From Eledone cirrhosa (Eukaryota): a DNA stretch of 64,000 nt. The stretch's first letter is position 1; each line of letters starts with the position of its first letter. A program made the translations under genes and the position numbers. Positions 37,409 to 52,600 of the stretch are shown here, one piece after another. The stretch is taken from positions 14,632,001 to 14,696,000 of the forward strand of contig OZ024743.1 of NCBI GenBank assembly GCA_964016885.1, given 5' to 3'. The notes below the pieces were generated by a model, which was not told the DNA's origin, made no database searches, and saw only the letters and a list, made by a program, of their open reading frames with translations.

Positions 37409-38849
37409 GTGTGTTTAATGGTAGCTATGGTGCTTCCATAGGCGGTATGCCAAAATTAGCACTCAGTATCCTTACAGAGCAGAGTGTGAATAGTATAAAA
37501 AAACGAAAAATCAGTGATGCATCTGGACTCAGTTTATTCCTTTGTTTAACAATTGTTTCCCCGGCAGCTAGCTCGAGACATGATCACTGTATGGATCTGG
37601 CTGATTCTACGGCTGCAGGTTCTTCGGACACATGCAATTCTTTCGGAGCAAATTTTCTCACTGGGGTGTTATCATCAAAAAACACCTTCAAAGAACATCT
37701 TCCACTCTTGTCTTGCCATTGGCTGTTGTTTTTCTACGTCCACATACATTCTGGTCACTATTTACTGCTACACTGGTGATCAGCCATTTTCCGCCCGCCA
37801 CACTTCAATGTAGCCATGCTGGGTTTGGTATCTCACACGTCTTTCACACTCCCGAGTATGTACCCACATACACACACACACACACATATATATACCTGTG
37901 TCTACAGATTGATATATATCTCAGTTTCAGAATATCCCACAAAATATTAACACAAACATTGTTTGTTTATAAATTTAAAATGTGCGAATAATATAGATAT
38001 ATGTATGTAAGGATTTATATACATTGTCGTTCACACACAAACTCGAACACACAGACGCAAACACATACACACATATATATATATATGTGTGTGCGTATGT
38101 TTGTATTTCGTTTTACCAATTTCTACGGGAAACCCATTTCTATATGCATTAAGAAAATAGAACGTACAAACTATTATTTTGATTTTTTGCCTAACGGCGA
38201 AATTTATTATTTCGATTTCTATTGAAACTCTGTAAGTTTAACAATCGAGCAAAGGAAACCTATAATATGTATATATTTATACATTTATGTGTGTGTGTGC
38301 GTGTGTGTCTTTTGCTGTATATATGTTCGTATGTGTGGGTGTATAAATACATGCGTCTATACAAAGATAATGATTAATTCCTCCTCTTGTAGTTATACTA
38401 CTTTACGACAATTGTATTCGGATTATAAATTAGAAGCCTTCTTTTTCATTCGATAGATTTGGAAGAGAACGGCAATATAGCTTGATTATGGATACTAACC
38501 TGTTCCCATGCAAAGTTCAACAGTTATTCCTGCGAGCTTTTCGTGGATTATGAATTATTTACATTCAGACATTCTAACTATGATAAGTGGAATGATTCAG
38601 CAAACATCGAATCTTTTTCTGGTAGTTTAACTTTAATATAGCTGCTGCATTACTCTTTTCGCTTGTGACAACCATCCGCCTAATGAATGCATATTTAAAA
38701 AATCAGGACACTAAACACTCAATCGCTGGGATACGTTGACAATCAAATGTGATTTCAACAAACTGCTTGAAATTATTTATCTTTGCTTTTCCTGATTCTC
38801 TTTAAATTAAGCTGCATTTGACAAGGCATAGTAAAATTGCAATCATTAC

Positions 38850-38905
38850 AATAATTGTTTCTACTTTTTGGCACAAGGCCAGCAATTACCCAGTGCATTA
38901 CTGGT
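38850..38905 (-). mobile_element. SINE 3'-tail fragment
   Basis: Reverse complement matches the tail of the 43189 SINE (GTAATGCACTG..TTGCTGG.CTTGTGCC..TAGAAACAATTATT). Confidence 0.75.
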
Positions 38906-40983
38906 ATACAATAATGATATACACTACCAATTTTTGATGAATACACAATATTAGCATACAGCACTAGAAAAAAAAAAGAAATAGGAATATAAGTTTCTTT
39001 AAAATCCTTTCAAGCAGTATACATCGAATGTATAGTAGCAAATGTTTTCTTCGTATTGTTGCGAAGAATAGTACGCTGTTTATGATGTGCCTGCGATTTA
39101 TAAACTTATATAATATGATTGTTTTGCTTAATTTCATCATATTCTGAAATAATATGTATAATATTATTCATATATTCATAACATTTCATATGCTTACTGT
39201 AGAAACTCTCTAGAGAAAATTGCATCATGGACTTGATGTACCATTAGTCGTGGTAAATATTGCTGCAAAAGTTTAAACCTTTGTATTTCATATTGTATCC
39301 GTCACACAGGCGTAGTGCTGGGTGATAAACAGCTAAATTATTCAGGAAAAAGATCATGCGTCCATAATATATGGTCCTTCAAAACATACGTAGGCGTTTC
39401 GTGATTAAAACATTTAGAAAATTCTGTTGTACCTTCTATTTTATAAATTCATATCGTGTTAGAAAATGTCTCTCAAACTTTAATTTTCTTAAAGCAGATT
39501 TCAAACATTAGGGAAAAATCCATCAATGCCTAAACAATTCTACCTTTATATAAAGAATATCAATATCGCCTATATAATTCGGTACCATTGTGAAAACGTA
39601 GAAAATAGATTCAAATGTGAGTTTCATTTAGTATAATGAGAAGTCACGTTAAAAACGAGGCTATTGTCCAATCACATCGTGAATCTTTTCATTCAACAAT
39701 TTGCGACCCATCATTTCTTATATATTCTGAAGTACTCATTGTTATGTGATGAAATATTTTTCAGAATTGAATATTGTAAATATTTCTGAACCTGCATATT
39801 GTTGGTCAGAAGTATTATTCGGCTTATTTCATCTTTCTGTAACGATAACATATTGTATTAGTTTATATATTTATTTTATAATTGAGAGAAAAAGTTAAAG
39901 AACGCTTTCCGTCACGAATTAAACATGGGGTTTGCACACATATATATCCTCTTCCCCTGCATAAGTCTGGGCAAGGTGGTTTTTAGAAGGTCAACTGTCA
40001 CCCATGTACACTATTCGTCCATTTCAACGATGATAACAAAGGAAAATGCAAACGCCGATAGAGCTTGGCGCCAAAGGCGTCGCATCTCATTTCTGCCGTT
40101 GAGTGAACTAGAGCAGACTGAAATAATGTAGTTCCTTACTGATATTTTAGAAGCTCTACCAAAGCATGCATAAAAAGTGTTAATTAAAATCTTATCGGCC
40201 ATGTTCACCCAATTTCTATTTAATGTATATTTAAGTTTATAACTTAAGTATATATTTAACCTGGTTAATTATGATTTTTACTGGTATTTCTTACCGCGTC
40301 AGTAACCAAGCATTGTTCCACCTACAAAGTCCAACACAGTTTTCTAATGTATTCCATCTCCTATTTAGAAAAGAATAAAGCATGATAAAGTATGATTTAT
40401 TCTGCAAAGAATTTTGAACTTGGACATATGACAACACAGAAATGAGGACTAATCATCAGGAAGGAACAATCTGCGTCTTCTACAGACATACTAAATAACG
40501 TTATCCGGGCGTTTTTCAAACATCAGAAATACCGATTTAAAACAAGCGAGGAATAGATATAGTCTATTTGGGGATGAATGATAGGTTTTCGAAAAGGGGA
40601 ACATTAAGGTGGTTAAGAGAAATGCTTACAATATTGCAGTGCAATCCTCCGATTAGTTTACATTATGGTAATAGACAGGTGTTATGAACAGTCATTCCAC
40701 GTAGACCTGTGCTTAAAAAATGTATCATTACTATATCAGTATTAATAGTGCTGAAATTTAAATTTAATTTTGAGGGTTAGAAGTCATGACTAAGCTTTCA
40801 TTTTGATATAATGGTCACTAAAGAAAACATATACTATTATGCGTATATTCATATATAATGGGTGTTATTTTCATCCATTTTTAACCCTCTAATTTATTGC
40901 TTTTACTAAACAGGAACCATATCCTCCTATAATTTAGGATTAGATAATGTAAGACGAACTTCACGATAGTATTGTCTCAATAG

Positions 40984-41049
40984 TATATGTATATATAAAT
41001 ATATATATATTACCACTCTTGGTAATATATACAGTATATATAAATACTG

Positions 41050-41142
<93 letters not shown>

Positions 41143-41262
41143 ATGTATATATTTATATATATACATATAAATATATACATATGTACACACACACACATAT
41201 ATATATGTATATATATATATATATTCAATATATGTATATGTGTGAGGGTGTGTGTGTGTGTG
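40984..41262. repeat. (TA)n/(CA)n/(TG)n dinucleotide repeat cluster
   Basis: Read directly. Confidence 0.95.
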
Positions 41263-43188
41263 TTATTATGAACGCGTATGTAAAACGTTAATGGACACAA
41301 CAAAGCAAATACATTACAATAAAGAAACCATAGTTTAACTATTCGTATTGTAGGTAAAGTATCTTTACGTTTCGTACACTTATCCTGATTTATCGGAATA
41401 TAGAATGAGAAATAAAATATGACAAAAATATAGAAAATGAGAAGGTGGAGGTACTGGGTGCATGGATGTATGTATTCATATGTAGTTTGGAAAAACTCGC
41501 GAGCACACGAAATCGGCTCTCTGCATTTGTTTCATATGATAATGTGAATAATATTGGCACCTCCATTGGATTCTATGGTGACGGTCCAGTTAAACGTTCA
41601 ATTGAAGAAGAAACTCTATAGATTAACACGCAAATGGATGAGTATTCCACAGATATATATATACCCTTAAAATAAATCCTGCACAAAATATATTTTAACA
41701 TATTTGATGGTTTGGATATTTGAAAAGTAAAGACATAACAATATTATTTATATAAAAATAGACATATCTATTTACATTCCATCCCATCAACCGTATAATG
41801 AATTATTTCAGCAATATCAGCATGCAATTGTCGTACATCTTTTCATGAGAACATATGCTTATTCGAGATAAAAATCTGCTCTACACTCTTGGTAATATAA
41901 TGATTAAGGTAAAGTAAATTTCGACATGCTTGTAAAACACTTCCAGTCTACTATAATATGCGGTAGCCAAATATTATTACCGGCCAACTTAAATATATAT
42001 CCAGAGTAAGATGTAATATATTGTTTCATAATATTGTTATATGATATCAAACGAATCTAATTCATTTTCTGAAGAACAATGTTCACATTAAACTTGAGGA
42101 GATTCATTTGATTCGCTATTATAGGAATAGAAACAGATCTGCAATATGTTACCCAATTCCATTGTCTTAGATTTTATGTTTCTTATTTTGTTTGTTTTGA
42201 TGTAGGCAAAAGTCTTCAAAACAAATCATAACATGTATTATTGCGATGATTTGATGACTATTGGCAATGGATTGAAGTAACGCATTACATCCCAAACCTC
42301 ACTTTGAATTACAAAGCGCCAGCCTTGGTTTGATTGAAATGGGTCAATGATTTTACAAGTGATATAATCTAAAATTGTTTGGTGTCTGTGTGTAAGATTA
42401 GATGTCTTAATTATAAAACAGAGATACGGATCCCCATCATAAACTTGACATTTCCAGAATGTATCATAACGCTACATTTTAGCTACATCAAATTAGTTAG
42501 TTTTTGTTTATTTTCTGATTATTATTCCAGCAAAATCTGTCATAAAAAATAGCTGTATATTTATAACATAATATATTTTCTTATTTTTATTTAGTATTTT
42601 ACGGATTCTTTTGTTTTTATGAAGAGGAATCTGTAACAAAATTATAAATGGCAAAATGAATTATATATCTAAAAATATATAATGACTTTTGTCATATTAT
42701 TATGTCTATTGTAATCAGATAGAAATGGAAAAGAATAATTGGAGTTATTGGCCTTTCATTTCGAGATTTATTAAAACTGCTTTGCTTCATTTGATTGTTC
42801 GTGATTCTAAAAACACAATTTTGGAGTTTCATTTATCCTGTAGTATCCCCTGATGCCTCCAAAACTGAATTCCTATTTCAATGTTCAGCTCATAATTTTT
42901 CTTCTCCATAGCAAACATTCATGATATTTCCAAACTATTTTGAAATCTGGTATTTGAACAATAATGTGAACGATACTTTGCTAGCAACAATCAGAGCTCA
43001 ATTGAAGGAGCAGTACATATATAACCGGGAATCAGTTAACAATTAGAAACAAGATGTTCATGCAACTGGGCTACAGTAAAGTCTGGGTAATGAGGAGTTT
43101 GCACCAATACCAAAATATTACTTGAAGTGCGAATGAGATTGTGAAACAGTATGTAACATTCAATCATATTATTTTTTGAATTCACAGT

Positions 43189-43379
43189 GGATTGGCAGTA
43201 TCGGTAGAGGGTCGGACGCCATGCTTTGACGCATAGATTTACGGCTCTTGCCATTTTCAGTTCAAATCCCGCCGAGGTCAACTTTGCCTTTTATCCTTAC
43301 GGGGTCGATAAAATAAAGTACCAGTAATGCACTGCGTAATTGCTGGGCTTGTGCCACAAGTAGAAACAATTATTTTTTT
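43189..43379 (+). mobile_element. tRNA-derived Meta-core SINE with a 10-bp target-site duplication
   Basis: A box TGGCAGTATCGG, B box GTTCAAATCC, Meta-like core; TSD AATTCACAGT at 43179-43188 and 43380-43389. Confidence 0.88.
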
Positions 43380-44984
43380 AATTCACAGTTGCAATAGAGC
43401 ATAGTGTTTTTTGGAATGATGAAGTGTGCTTAGAGAATAATAAAATGATTTAGGATAAAGCTCGATATTGAATCATAAGGAAATATTCAAACATATTAGT
43501 AGTCTATATTTAATCAGTTGTATTAATTGTGTTTTGTATTCGGGTTTTATAGAATAAGATATGTATTATGTGTGGAAATGGTTCTATTTGAGTTGAGAGA
43601 TTTAATCGATGGTATCTTGCGAAGTATGTAGGCTTCTCCAAGCAGGAAATTTAATACACAATGTAAACGTGTTATAAATCATGGTAAGTCATCTATTTTT
43701 CCTAATATTGGTTTTCATTATGGTATCCTGATCATAATAGACAATATTCTTAGATTTTGCCTTTCATTTTGTATATTTTATATTCAACATCCTTGAAGTT
43801 GGAAAGTGTATCCAGTAATTTTATTGCAATTGTTTAGTGAAAGGAGGTGGAGATGTGTGTGTGAGTGTGTGTGTTTCTGTCCTTTATCCTTATGCCTGCA
43901 CGATCTTCTCTGCTACAGTTTAGACAAGAATGTCTCAGCTGATTGCAGCTATGTTGTCATATTCCGTCTCTGGTGCATGTTTATAACACTTTGTATCGGT
44001 TTTCACGTCGATGGTTTCACTTACTACACAATAGATATAATTTCCATCGTGATGATGTATTCAACCGTAACATGCTGCTGTTACCAAACTATGCATTTAG
44101 AGTTTGGATCTGTTATCCTTATTTCATCCTTATATTTGTTTGTGGCTAAGCTTTATATTTGTGCTGCCATAATCAATACTTCAGTTTCTGCTTCTAGTAC
44201 ATAAATACAGAACAATTGTTGTTAATGTATATTACTCTAGCCTCATGTGCCAGAACGGGGTTTCCTTGTTATCAAGGTAGCTATGCTTTCTCTCTATTTG
44301 CTTTGGCGTCGTGTGTTTCTGTACGGTGTCTGCATGATTCGATCTTTCTGTTTAATTTTCCACATCCCTTATTACGGTTCATGACAAGCTTGATTAAACA
44401 TATTACCTCATTTCTAACACTTAATTCAGTTCTTGATATATGTAGAAATTGTGTGTTGTGTTTTTTCCTAGTTTTCCCTTTAATTCCCATGTGTTGCATG
44501 TTAAATATTTTCTCTATTCCTGGATATCTGGATGGATGATTTCATCTACTTCTCTAAGAGCAACGTCTATGACGCAATTAATTTTTTTTGTGTTGGTTAA
44601 AGTACCCATTGATAGAATGTCTTTGTCAAATTTGTCTCATCACATACATATACGTTGGCACTGACGAGACAATGTGAACATATTAGGATCTTTAGTTCAG
44701 TGTTTTTCCCGGTAAATATTCTAAGGTACATATACAGGACAGGGTTTAAATATTATCCTCAGCATCTGGGCCTCATGGAGATTTTATTCATGAAATATTT
44801 TGGTCATGTCAGCGAATCGCAGATCATTAAGAGAGATACCGCTTCCACATAGAAAATAATAATTTTTATTGGTATAAATTTGGTTTAAATAATGTACTGT
44901 TTATTTTCCAGAACTACAGGAATTTCCTTCTTAATGTAGTAGGTGTGTTTATCATTGAGTTTTCTGAATATTATTAATATTGCG

Positions 44985-45521
44985 CTTTGAGTCTCAGTCA
45001 TTGATGTTATTCAAATGGAAAGTTTGATGGAATGAATATCAAGCCGCTTGATATTCATTCCAACAAACTTTCCATTTATCGGAGGGTCATTGCTGTTCCC
45101 AGCAGGCATGTTGTTTGAAGTATTCCAAAAAACGGGGCTGGACTAATCTTCTTTAACCATCCTTGGAAACTCCTTGAGATAGTACCTTGTTCTCCTATGA
45201 CAATCGGGATGAACTTGATCTCTTGACACTCCCAAATCCTTTTTCACTGCCACTTTAATTCCTGGTATCGGTTAATTTCTCCTTCTCCGTTTCTTACATT
45301 CTCGAGTGAAATGGACAGGCTACATCTACAATCAGGCACGATCATTTTTCCTTGTCAAAAACCACCAGATCAGGCCTTTTGTGTTCTGTATCCTAAAATT
45401 GCCGTCTGTATCCTAAAATTCCATAGCACCTTCACTTGATCATTTTCTATCACCGACTGTGGTTTATGCTCATACTACTTCTCAGAATGTGGTAAATTGT
45501 TTAGTTTGCATAAATGCCAGT
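44985..45521 (-). mobile_element. Old D1-related 3' fragment
   Basis: Reverse complement of the D1 RLE end and 3'UTR; 5' end abuts short (TTA)n. Confidence 0.82.
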
Positions 45522-45534
45522 GTTATTATTATTG

Positions 45535-46930
45535 TTCTGTGAGTCTCAGTCATTCATGTTATTTAACTAGAAAGTTTGTTGAAATGAATATCAAGCCACT
45601 ACCTGTAGCCTCAGATATTCAGGACGTATCGGAGGGTTCTTGCTGTTCTGAGCAAGCATGCCTTTTGAAGTGTTCCAAAAAGCGGGGCGGGACCAATTTT
45701 CTTTAACCATCCTTGGAAAATCTTCGAGATAGTACCTAGTGCGCCTATCACAATCGGGACCACTTTGACTTCATGGCAATTCCAAATCCTTTTACCTCCC
45801 ACTTTAAGTCCTGGTATCGGTTAATTTTCTCCCTCTTCTTCTGTTGCACTCTTGTGTCGAATGGGAAGGCTACATTCACTATCAGGCACGATTTTCTTCC
45901 TTGTCCAAAATCACCAGGTCAGGTCTATTGTGTTCCAGGTTCTTGTCCGTCTGTATCCTAAAATCCAACAGCACCTTCACCTGATAGTTTTCTATCACCG
46001 ACTCTGGTTTATGCTCATATCACTTCTCAGAATGTGGTAAATTGTTTACTTTGCATAGGTGCCAGTGGATCACGCTGCCCATCATGTCTCCAGCCTTTAT
46101 AGTGAGTCTGGCCTAGGTGTTTACATTCGGATACAATGTGAGCCACAGTCTCCTCTCTCTCTCCACAGATCCTACACAGTGGGCTAGCCTCCTCCTTGTA
46201 AATATGGTGTTTCACCCACTTCGTTTTGAGGGCCTGCTCTTGCGCAGCCATTAGCATTCCTTCTGTAAACTTTTTAAGATTTCCTCTTTTTAACCAGTTC
46301 CATGTCTGTGGATCTCTGAATTCAGTTTTCTCAAAGAAGGTAATATGAAGGGATTTTTTATGAAGGTTGCTCTTTGTCCTTGTTGTTATTTCCTCCTTGG
46401 ACATCCCCTGGTCTATTGTCCTCTCCTTCAGTACAATTCTGAGCATTGGCTCCATACTGTCAGTCAGGTATGTGTGTAGTTTGTTTTTCTCCATCTGAAC
46501 ACAGTCCTCTATGCTGATAAGTACTCTTCCACCTTTAGATCCCCGTAAGTAGAGTCTCTCGTCATCACTCCTCTTGTAGAACATGTTGTAGATAGTCAAT
46601 AGCTTACTAGTCTTCCTATCCATATTTATTTGTTCAGCAACATTCCATCTCAGAATTCCCGCACTGTACCTAATAATAGACACAGCTCGGGAATTTACTG
46701 CACTTATGGCATTCCTACTGTTCAGATGTGATTTAATAGGCTCCTTATTCTCCGAATGTATTCAAATCTTATCAATTCCGTCATTTTTTTGTTCTTGATG
46801 TCATCAGCCTCCAGAACACCTAAATATTTTTATCCATCTTCAGTGTCAGTTCCCTTTATCATATCACCTGTTGGTACCTCACACCACTTCTCAGAATGTG
46901 GTAAATCTCTAGTTAGCATAGATGCCAGTG
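45535..46930 (-). mobile_element. R4/Dong-like D1 3' half, fused to a short second D1 fragment at about 46880
   Basis: ORF 46683-46027 SIIRYSAGILRW..CRICGEREETVAH; RYVLNI end. Confidence 0.88.
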
Positions 46931-46944
46931 TTATTGATATTATT

Positions 46945-49641
46945 ATAGTTGTATTTATCTTGCTTCATATTCATACGAGTTATCACCAAGTCAAACCATT
47001 GACCTCAAGAGACAACAAGGTCAGCCATGTTCAAGAAAGAACATACATACACGCACATGCATCATTAAGTGTTTAGACTTGTGATGTAATTATATTGACA
47101 GAATCTTCCTTAGTATATGATGGGCAGTTCCCATTAGTACTATCTTTTGAATTTCTCCTATACGCGGGTTTCCTGGGATTTGCGATACATAATCATTAGA
47201 CCCCTTAGGTATCATTCCTAGAGCGCCTAGAACCACTGATATAGTTCTGGTTCTCAATATCCACATTATTCCAATTTCTATCTCCAGGTCCTTATACTTG
47301 CTCAATTTTTCAAATGTTTTTATAAATATATTCTTGTCTATTGGAACGGACATATCAATTAGCAGGCATACTCTCTTTTTAAAGTCCTTCAGTATTATAT
47401 CAGGTCGATTTGCATCTATTTTTAGGTCGGTTTGGATGCTAAAGTTCCACAAGATTGTGATGTGATCTTTTTCCTGTATGGGAGGTGGTTGATGCTCCCA
47501 CCAATTCTTTTGATGGGGCAGGTCAAAATGCTTACAACATTGTCCAATGTATGTATTGTACAGCTTTGTCATGCATGTTTAGGTATTCGGTTGGTGCTAT
47601 AGGGCTGCACATTGTTTAAATTATATAATCAATGGTCTGTGGTTGTTTTTTACATAGACGGCATAATGGGCTGCATCCATTTTTTATTATGCTGGCTTGA
47701 TTATTCTTTTGTTGGTAGACACTGCTCTTGTGCTGATATAATTAGTCCTTCTGTCTCCGATTTCAGTCGAGAGGATGCCAATCACTGATGGGGTAAAGTT
47801 TTGTCAACATCAGGATTGTTAACTCTTTCTGGGTATTTTCCATACAGAGGCTTTTCTTGCCATTTCTTAGTCAGTTTCTGTAGCAGTTCTTTCTTTGCAG
47901 TTACTTTTACCTGCTTTGCTTTTTCTGTGTTTTTCATTTGAGCAGTAAATGAAACTTCTGAAATGTGTAGTCCATTACTGTATCTTTGTGCATCTTTTGT
48001 AATGGAGTATGATCTTTTAATGCTTTCGTGTTTCAAAACGTGTCTGATCATCCAATCATGTGATTCCCTTAGATATGTAGATAATCCAATTGTTGCAGTT
48101 TTCAACGCAATGTCTAACTGGATTAACCCACGTCCTGTTTCGTTCCTAGGGAGATATATTCTATCTATATCTGCCTTAGGGTGATGCATTCTGTGCATGG
48201 TTAAGCATTTTCTAATTTGAGTATCGAGCCTACGGTTCTCTGTGCTTGACCAGTTGATGACATTGTAACTGTAGGTTACTACATGTACGGCAAGCGTGTA
48301 TTGGCATCGATCCTATTCCTTGCATTCAATTCCGTTCTTAAGATTGCTCTTACTGTGCGGTAACATTCCTTCCTTAACCTTTCCCTCATTGTCGAGTGCT
48401 TGATTCCGTCTCCTTCACAAACACCTAGATATTTGTAAGTTTCCTCTTGATCAAGTTCTCTTATATCATTCCCCCGATCAAGATTAATGTCTGAACTTCT
48501 CAGCAGCTTTCCTCTGGTCAACGTTGCTTTAGCGCATTTATCTAGTCCAAACTCCATTTTAATGTCATCACTGAACTGTTCCACAGTGGATAATAACCCT
48601 TGTAATTGTTCATCATTTTTTGCAAATAGTTTCAGGTCATCCATGTAGAACAAGTGATTAATGGTTTTGTCATAGCCTTTATAGCCATGTTCTGTTTCAT
48701 TGAGCATTTTACTTAATGGTATAAGTGCGATGCAGAATAAAAGCGGTGATAAAGAGTCACCCTGAAAAGGTCCACAATTAATATTAACTTCTCCAGCTTC
48801 CAGTGATTTTTTTTCACTATTCAAAAGGAGTGTCGTTTTCCATGTCGTCATACTGAATGACAGGAACCTCCTGACAAGGGGAGATATTTTGAAAATCTCT
48901 AAACATTTTTCAATCCAAATGTGTGGCAAACTATCGAATGCTTTTCTATAATCTATCCAAGCAATCGATAGATTTTTGTGTCCATAATGACAATCTTCCA
49001 GTATCATTTTGTTAAGCAAAAGCTAATGTTTACAGCCATATAAGCCTCGTTTACACCCTTTCTGATCATTGGGAAATAGGTCATTTGTTATCAGGTGGTC
49101 ATATGTACATTCAGTTAGAACTGATGTTAAAATGTTATACATTGTGTTCAAGCAAGTTATCGGTCTGTAATTTTTGGGATTGTTTGTCTCATCATTCTTC
49201 GGAAGCTGGAATGTAATGCCATGATGTTATCTTTTCTGTCTCCTTAACTATTTCATTGTAAAGTTGGGCTAAAAGCTCATGAGACTCTGTGAAGGCATTT
49301 ATCCCCAAATCTGGTATTTTGACTTTCGCTGGGGATTTCCATTTGCTGGTTTTTCTAAGAGCCAAACGCAACTGTTCAACTGTTATATTTTCCTATATTT
49401 GTTCCTCAAGGTGAGCTGTATCTTTCATTTGTCTGTCTGTCCATGGGGCACGTATATTATGAACTTTTTCTTCGGCCCAGATCTTTTCCCAGAATTCTTG
49501 CACTTCCTCCTTGGGTGGTATTGATTTAGCAGATATTGTTGACTTGCCAAGTTTTCTGTAGCAGTTTCTTTGGTTGTTTTTGAATATATTATTGTCCTTA
49601 TAGAATCTAGATCGCATTTCAAAGCGCCTTATACGAGCAGC
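46945..49641 (-). mobile_element. R4/Dong-like family D2, 5'-truncated degenerate copy
   Basis: Colinear with the 3' two-thirds of the 55124-58774 ORF; YMDD; RPDIIL; ends at (TTA)n. Confidence 0.92.
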
Positions 49642-49665
49642 TTATTATTATTATTATTATTATTA
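49642..49665 (+). repeat. (TTA)n microsatellite
   Basis: Read directly. Confidence 0.96.
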
Positions 49666-52600
49666 CGGTTGCATTTATCTTGCTTTATGTTCATACGAGT
49701 TATCACCAAGTCCCAACCAGTGACCTCAAGAGACAACAAGGTCAGCCATGTTCAAGAAGATCATACATACTCACACATGCATCTTTAGTGTTTAGACTTG
49801 TGATGTACTTATATTGACAGAATCTTCCTTAGTATATGGGCAGATCCCATTAGTACTATCTTTTGTATTTCTCCTCTACGCGGGTTTACTGGGATTTGCG
49901 ATAATTAATCATTATACCCCTTAGGTATCATTCCCAGAGAGCCTACAACCACTGGTATTGTTTTAGTTCTCAATTTCCACATTTTTCCAATTTCTATCTC
50001 CAGGTCCTTATATTTGCTCAATTTTTCAAATGTTTTTATAGGTACATTCTTGTCTATTGGAACGGACATATCAATTAGCAGGCATACCCTCTTTTTAAAG
50101 TCCTTCAATATTATATCAGGTCCATTTGCATCTATTTTTCGGTCTGTTTGGATGCTAAAGGTCCACAAGATTGAGATGTGATCTTTTTCATGTATGGGAG
50201 GTGGTTGATGCTCCCACCAATTCTTTTGATGGGGCAGGTCAAAATGCTTACACATTATCCAATGTATGTATTGTGCAGCTCTGTCATGCCTGTTTAGGTA
50301 TTCGGTTGGAGCTATAGGACTGCACATTGAAATTATATGGTCAATGGTCTGTGGTTGTTTTTGCATACACAGCATAATGGGCTGCATCCATTTTTTATTA
50401 TGTCGGCTTGGTAATTTTTTGTTGGCAGAAACTGATCTTGTGCTGATATAATCAGTTCTTCAGTCTCCGATTTCAGTCCAGAGGATGCCAACCACTGATG
50501 GATTAAAGTTTTGTCGACATCAGGATTGTTAGCTCGCTCTGGGTATTTTCCATACAGAGGCTTTTCTTGCCATTTCTTAGTCAGTTTCTGTAGCAGTTCT
50601 TTCTTTGCAGTTACTTTTACCTGCTTTGCTTTTACTGTGTAAAATGGGACTTCTGAAATTTGTAGTCCATTACTGTATCTTTGTGCATCTTTTATAATGG
50701 AGTATGATCTTTTGATGCTTTCGTGTTTCAAAACGAGTTTGATCATCCAATCATGTGATTCCCTTAGATATGTAGATAATTCAAGTGTTGCAGTTTTCAA
50801 CGCAATGTCTAACTGGATTAACCCACGTCCTGTTTCGTTCCTAGGGAGATATATTCTATCTATATCTGCCTTAGGGTGATGCATTCTGTGCATGGTTAAG
50901 CATTTTCTAATTTGAGTATCGAGCCTACGGTTCTCTGTGCTTGACCAGTTGATGACATTGTAACTGTAGGTTACTACATGTACGGCAAGCGTGTATTGGC
51001 ATCGATCCTATTCCTTGCATTCAATTCCGTTCTTAAGATTGCTCTTACTGTGCGGTAACATTCCTTCCTTAACCTTTCCCTCATTGTCGAGTGCTTGATT
51101 CCGTCTCCTTCACAAACACCTAGATATTTGTAAGTTTCCTCTTGATCAAGTTCTCTTATAACATTCCCCCGATCAAGATTAATGTATGAACTTCTCAGCA
51201 GCTTTCCTCTGGTCAACGTTGCTTTAGCGGATTTATCTAGTCCAAACTCCATTTTAATGTCATCACTGAACTGCTCCACAGTGGATAATAGCCCTTGTAA
51301 TTGTTCATCATTTTTTGCAAATAGTTTCAGGTCATCCATGTAGAACAAGTGATTAAAGGTTTTGTCATAGCCTTTATATCCATGTTCTGTTTCATTGAGC
51401 ATTTTACTTAATGGTATAAGTGCGATGCAGAATAAAAGCGGTGATAAAGAGTCACCCTGAAAAGGTCCACAATTAATATTAACTTCTCCAGCTTCCAGTG
51501 ATTTTGTTTCACTATTCAAAAGGAGTGTCGTTTTCCATATCTTCATACTGAACGACAAAAAACCCTGATAACGGGGGATATTTTGAAAATCTCTAAACAT
51601 TTTTCAATCCAACTGTGTGGCAAACTCTCGAATGCTTTTTTATAATCTATGCAAGCAATTGATAGATTTTTGTGTCTATTATGACAATCTTCCAGTATCA
51701 CTTTGTTAACCAAAAGCTGATCCTTACAGCCATATGAGCCTCGTTTACACCCTTTCTGCTCAATGGGAAATAGGTGATTTGTTATCAGGTGGTCATATGT
51801 ATATTCAGTTAGGACTGATGTTACAATTTTATACATTGTGGTCAAGCAAGTTATCGGTCTGTAATTTTTGGGATTGTTTTTCTCATCATTCTTCGGAAGC
51901 AGGAATGTAATGCCGTTAATTAGCCATGATGGTATCTTTTCTGGCTCCTTAACTATTTCATTGTAAAGTTGGGCTAACAGCTCATGAGAATCTGTAAAGG
52001 CATTTATCCAAATATTTTGTATTTTGTCTTTTCCTGGGGATTTCCATTTGCTGGTTTTTCTTAGAGCCAAGCGCAACTGTTCAACTGTTATATTTTCCCA
52101 TACTTGTTCTTCAAGGTGAGCTGTATCTTTCAATTGTCTGTCTATCCATGGGGCATGTATGTTATGAACTTTTTCTTCGGCCCAGATCTTTTCCCAGAAT
52201 TCTTGCACTTCCTCCTTGGGTGGTATTGATTTAGCAGTTATTGTTGACTCACCAATTCTTCTGTAGAAGTTTCTTTGGTTGTTTTTGAACATATTATTGT
52301 CCTTATAGGATCTAGATCGTTTTTCAAAACGCCTTATACGAGCAGCTTTGGCCGACACTTTTTGCTTGATTATTTCTATCAGCATGTCTATGTCACTTGT
52401 TGATTTTATACTGTACTTTTTTTCTATTTTCTAAGTTTAGTTTGTTTAACATGTTCACCTACTTTATAGTTTGTTAACATTTCTATGTCAGATCGGAGAA
52501 GGTTTATTTGGCGATAGATGTTCTCTTGCCAAGTAGATTTCTTGTGGGAATTCCTTTATTTTTTCATCTTCACTCCACATAAGTGAGTGGTGACTTTAGC

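Noticed and set aside
37490-37750. Minus-strand peptide AAGETIVKQRNKLSPD resembling the hAT transposase C-terminal dimerisation motif
   Set aside because: Needs a frameshift and a stop, and the match is short; not supportable without a profile search
33930-44980. Possible host exons or short ORFs in the AT-rich spacer (e.g. 34814-35035, 39925-40131, 43806-44539)
   Set aside because: No recognisable domain or consistent splice chain; small exons cannot be excluded
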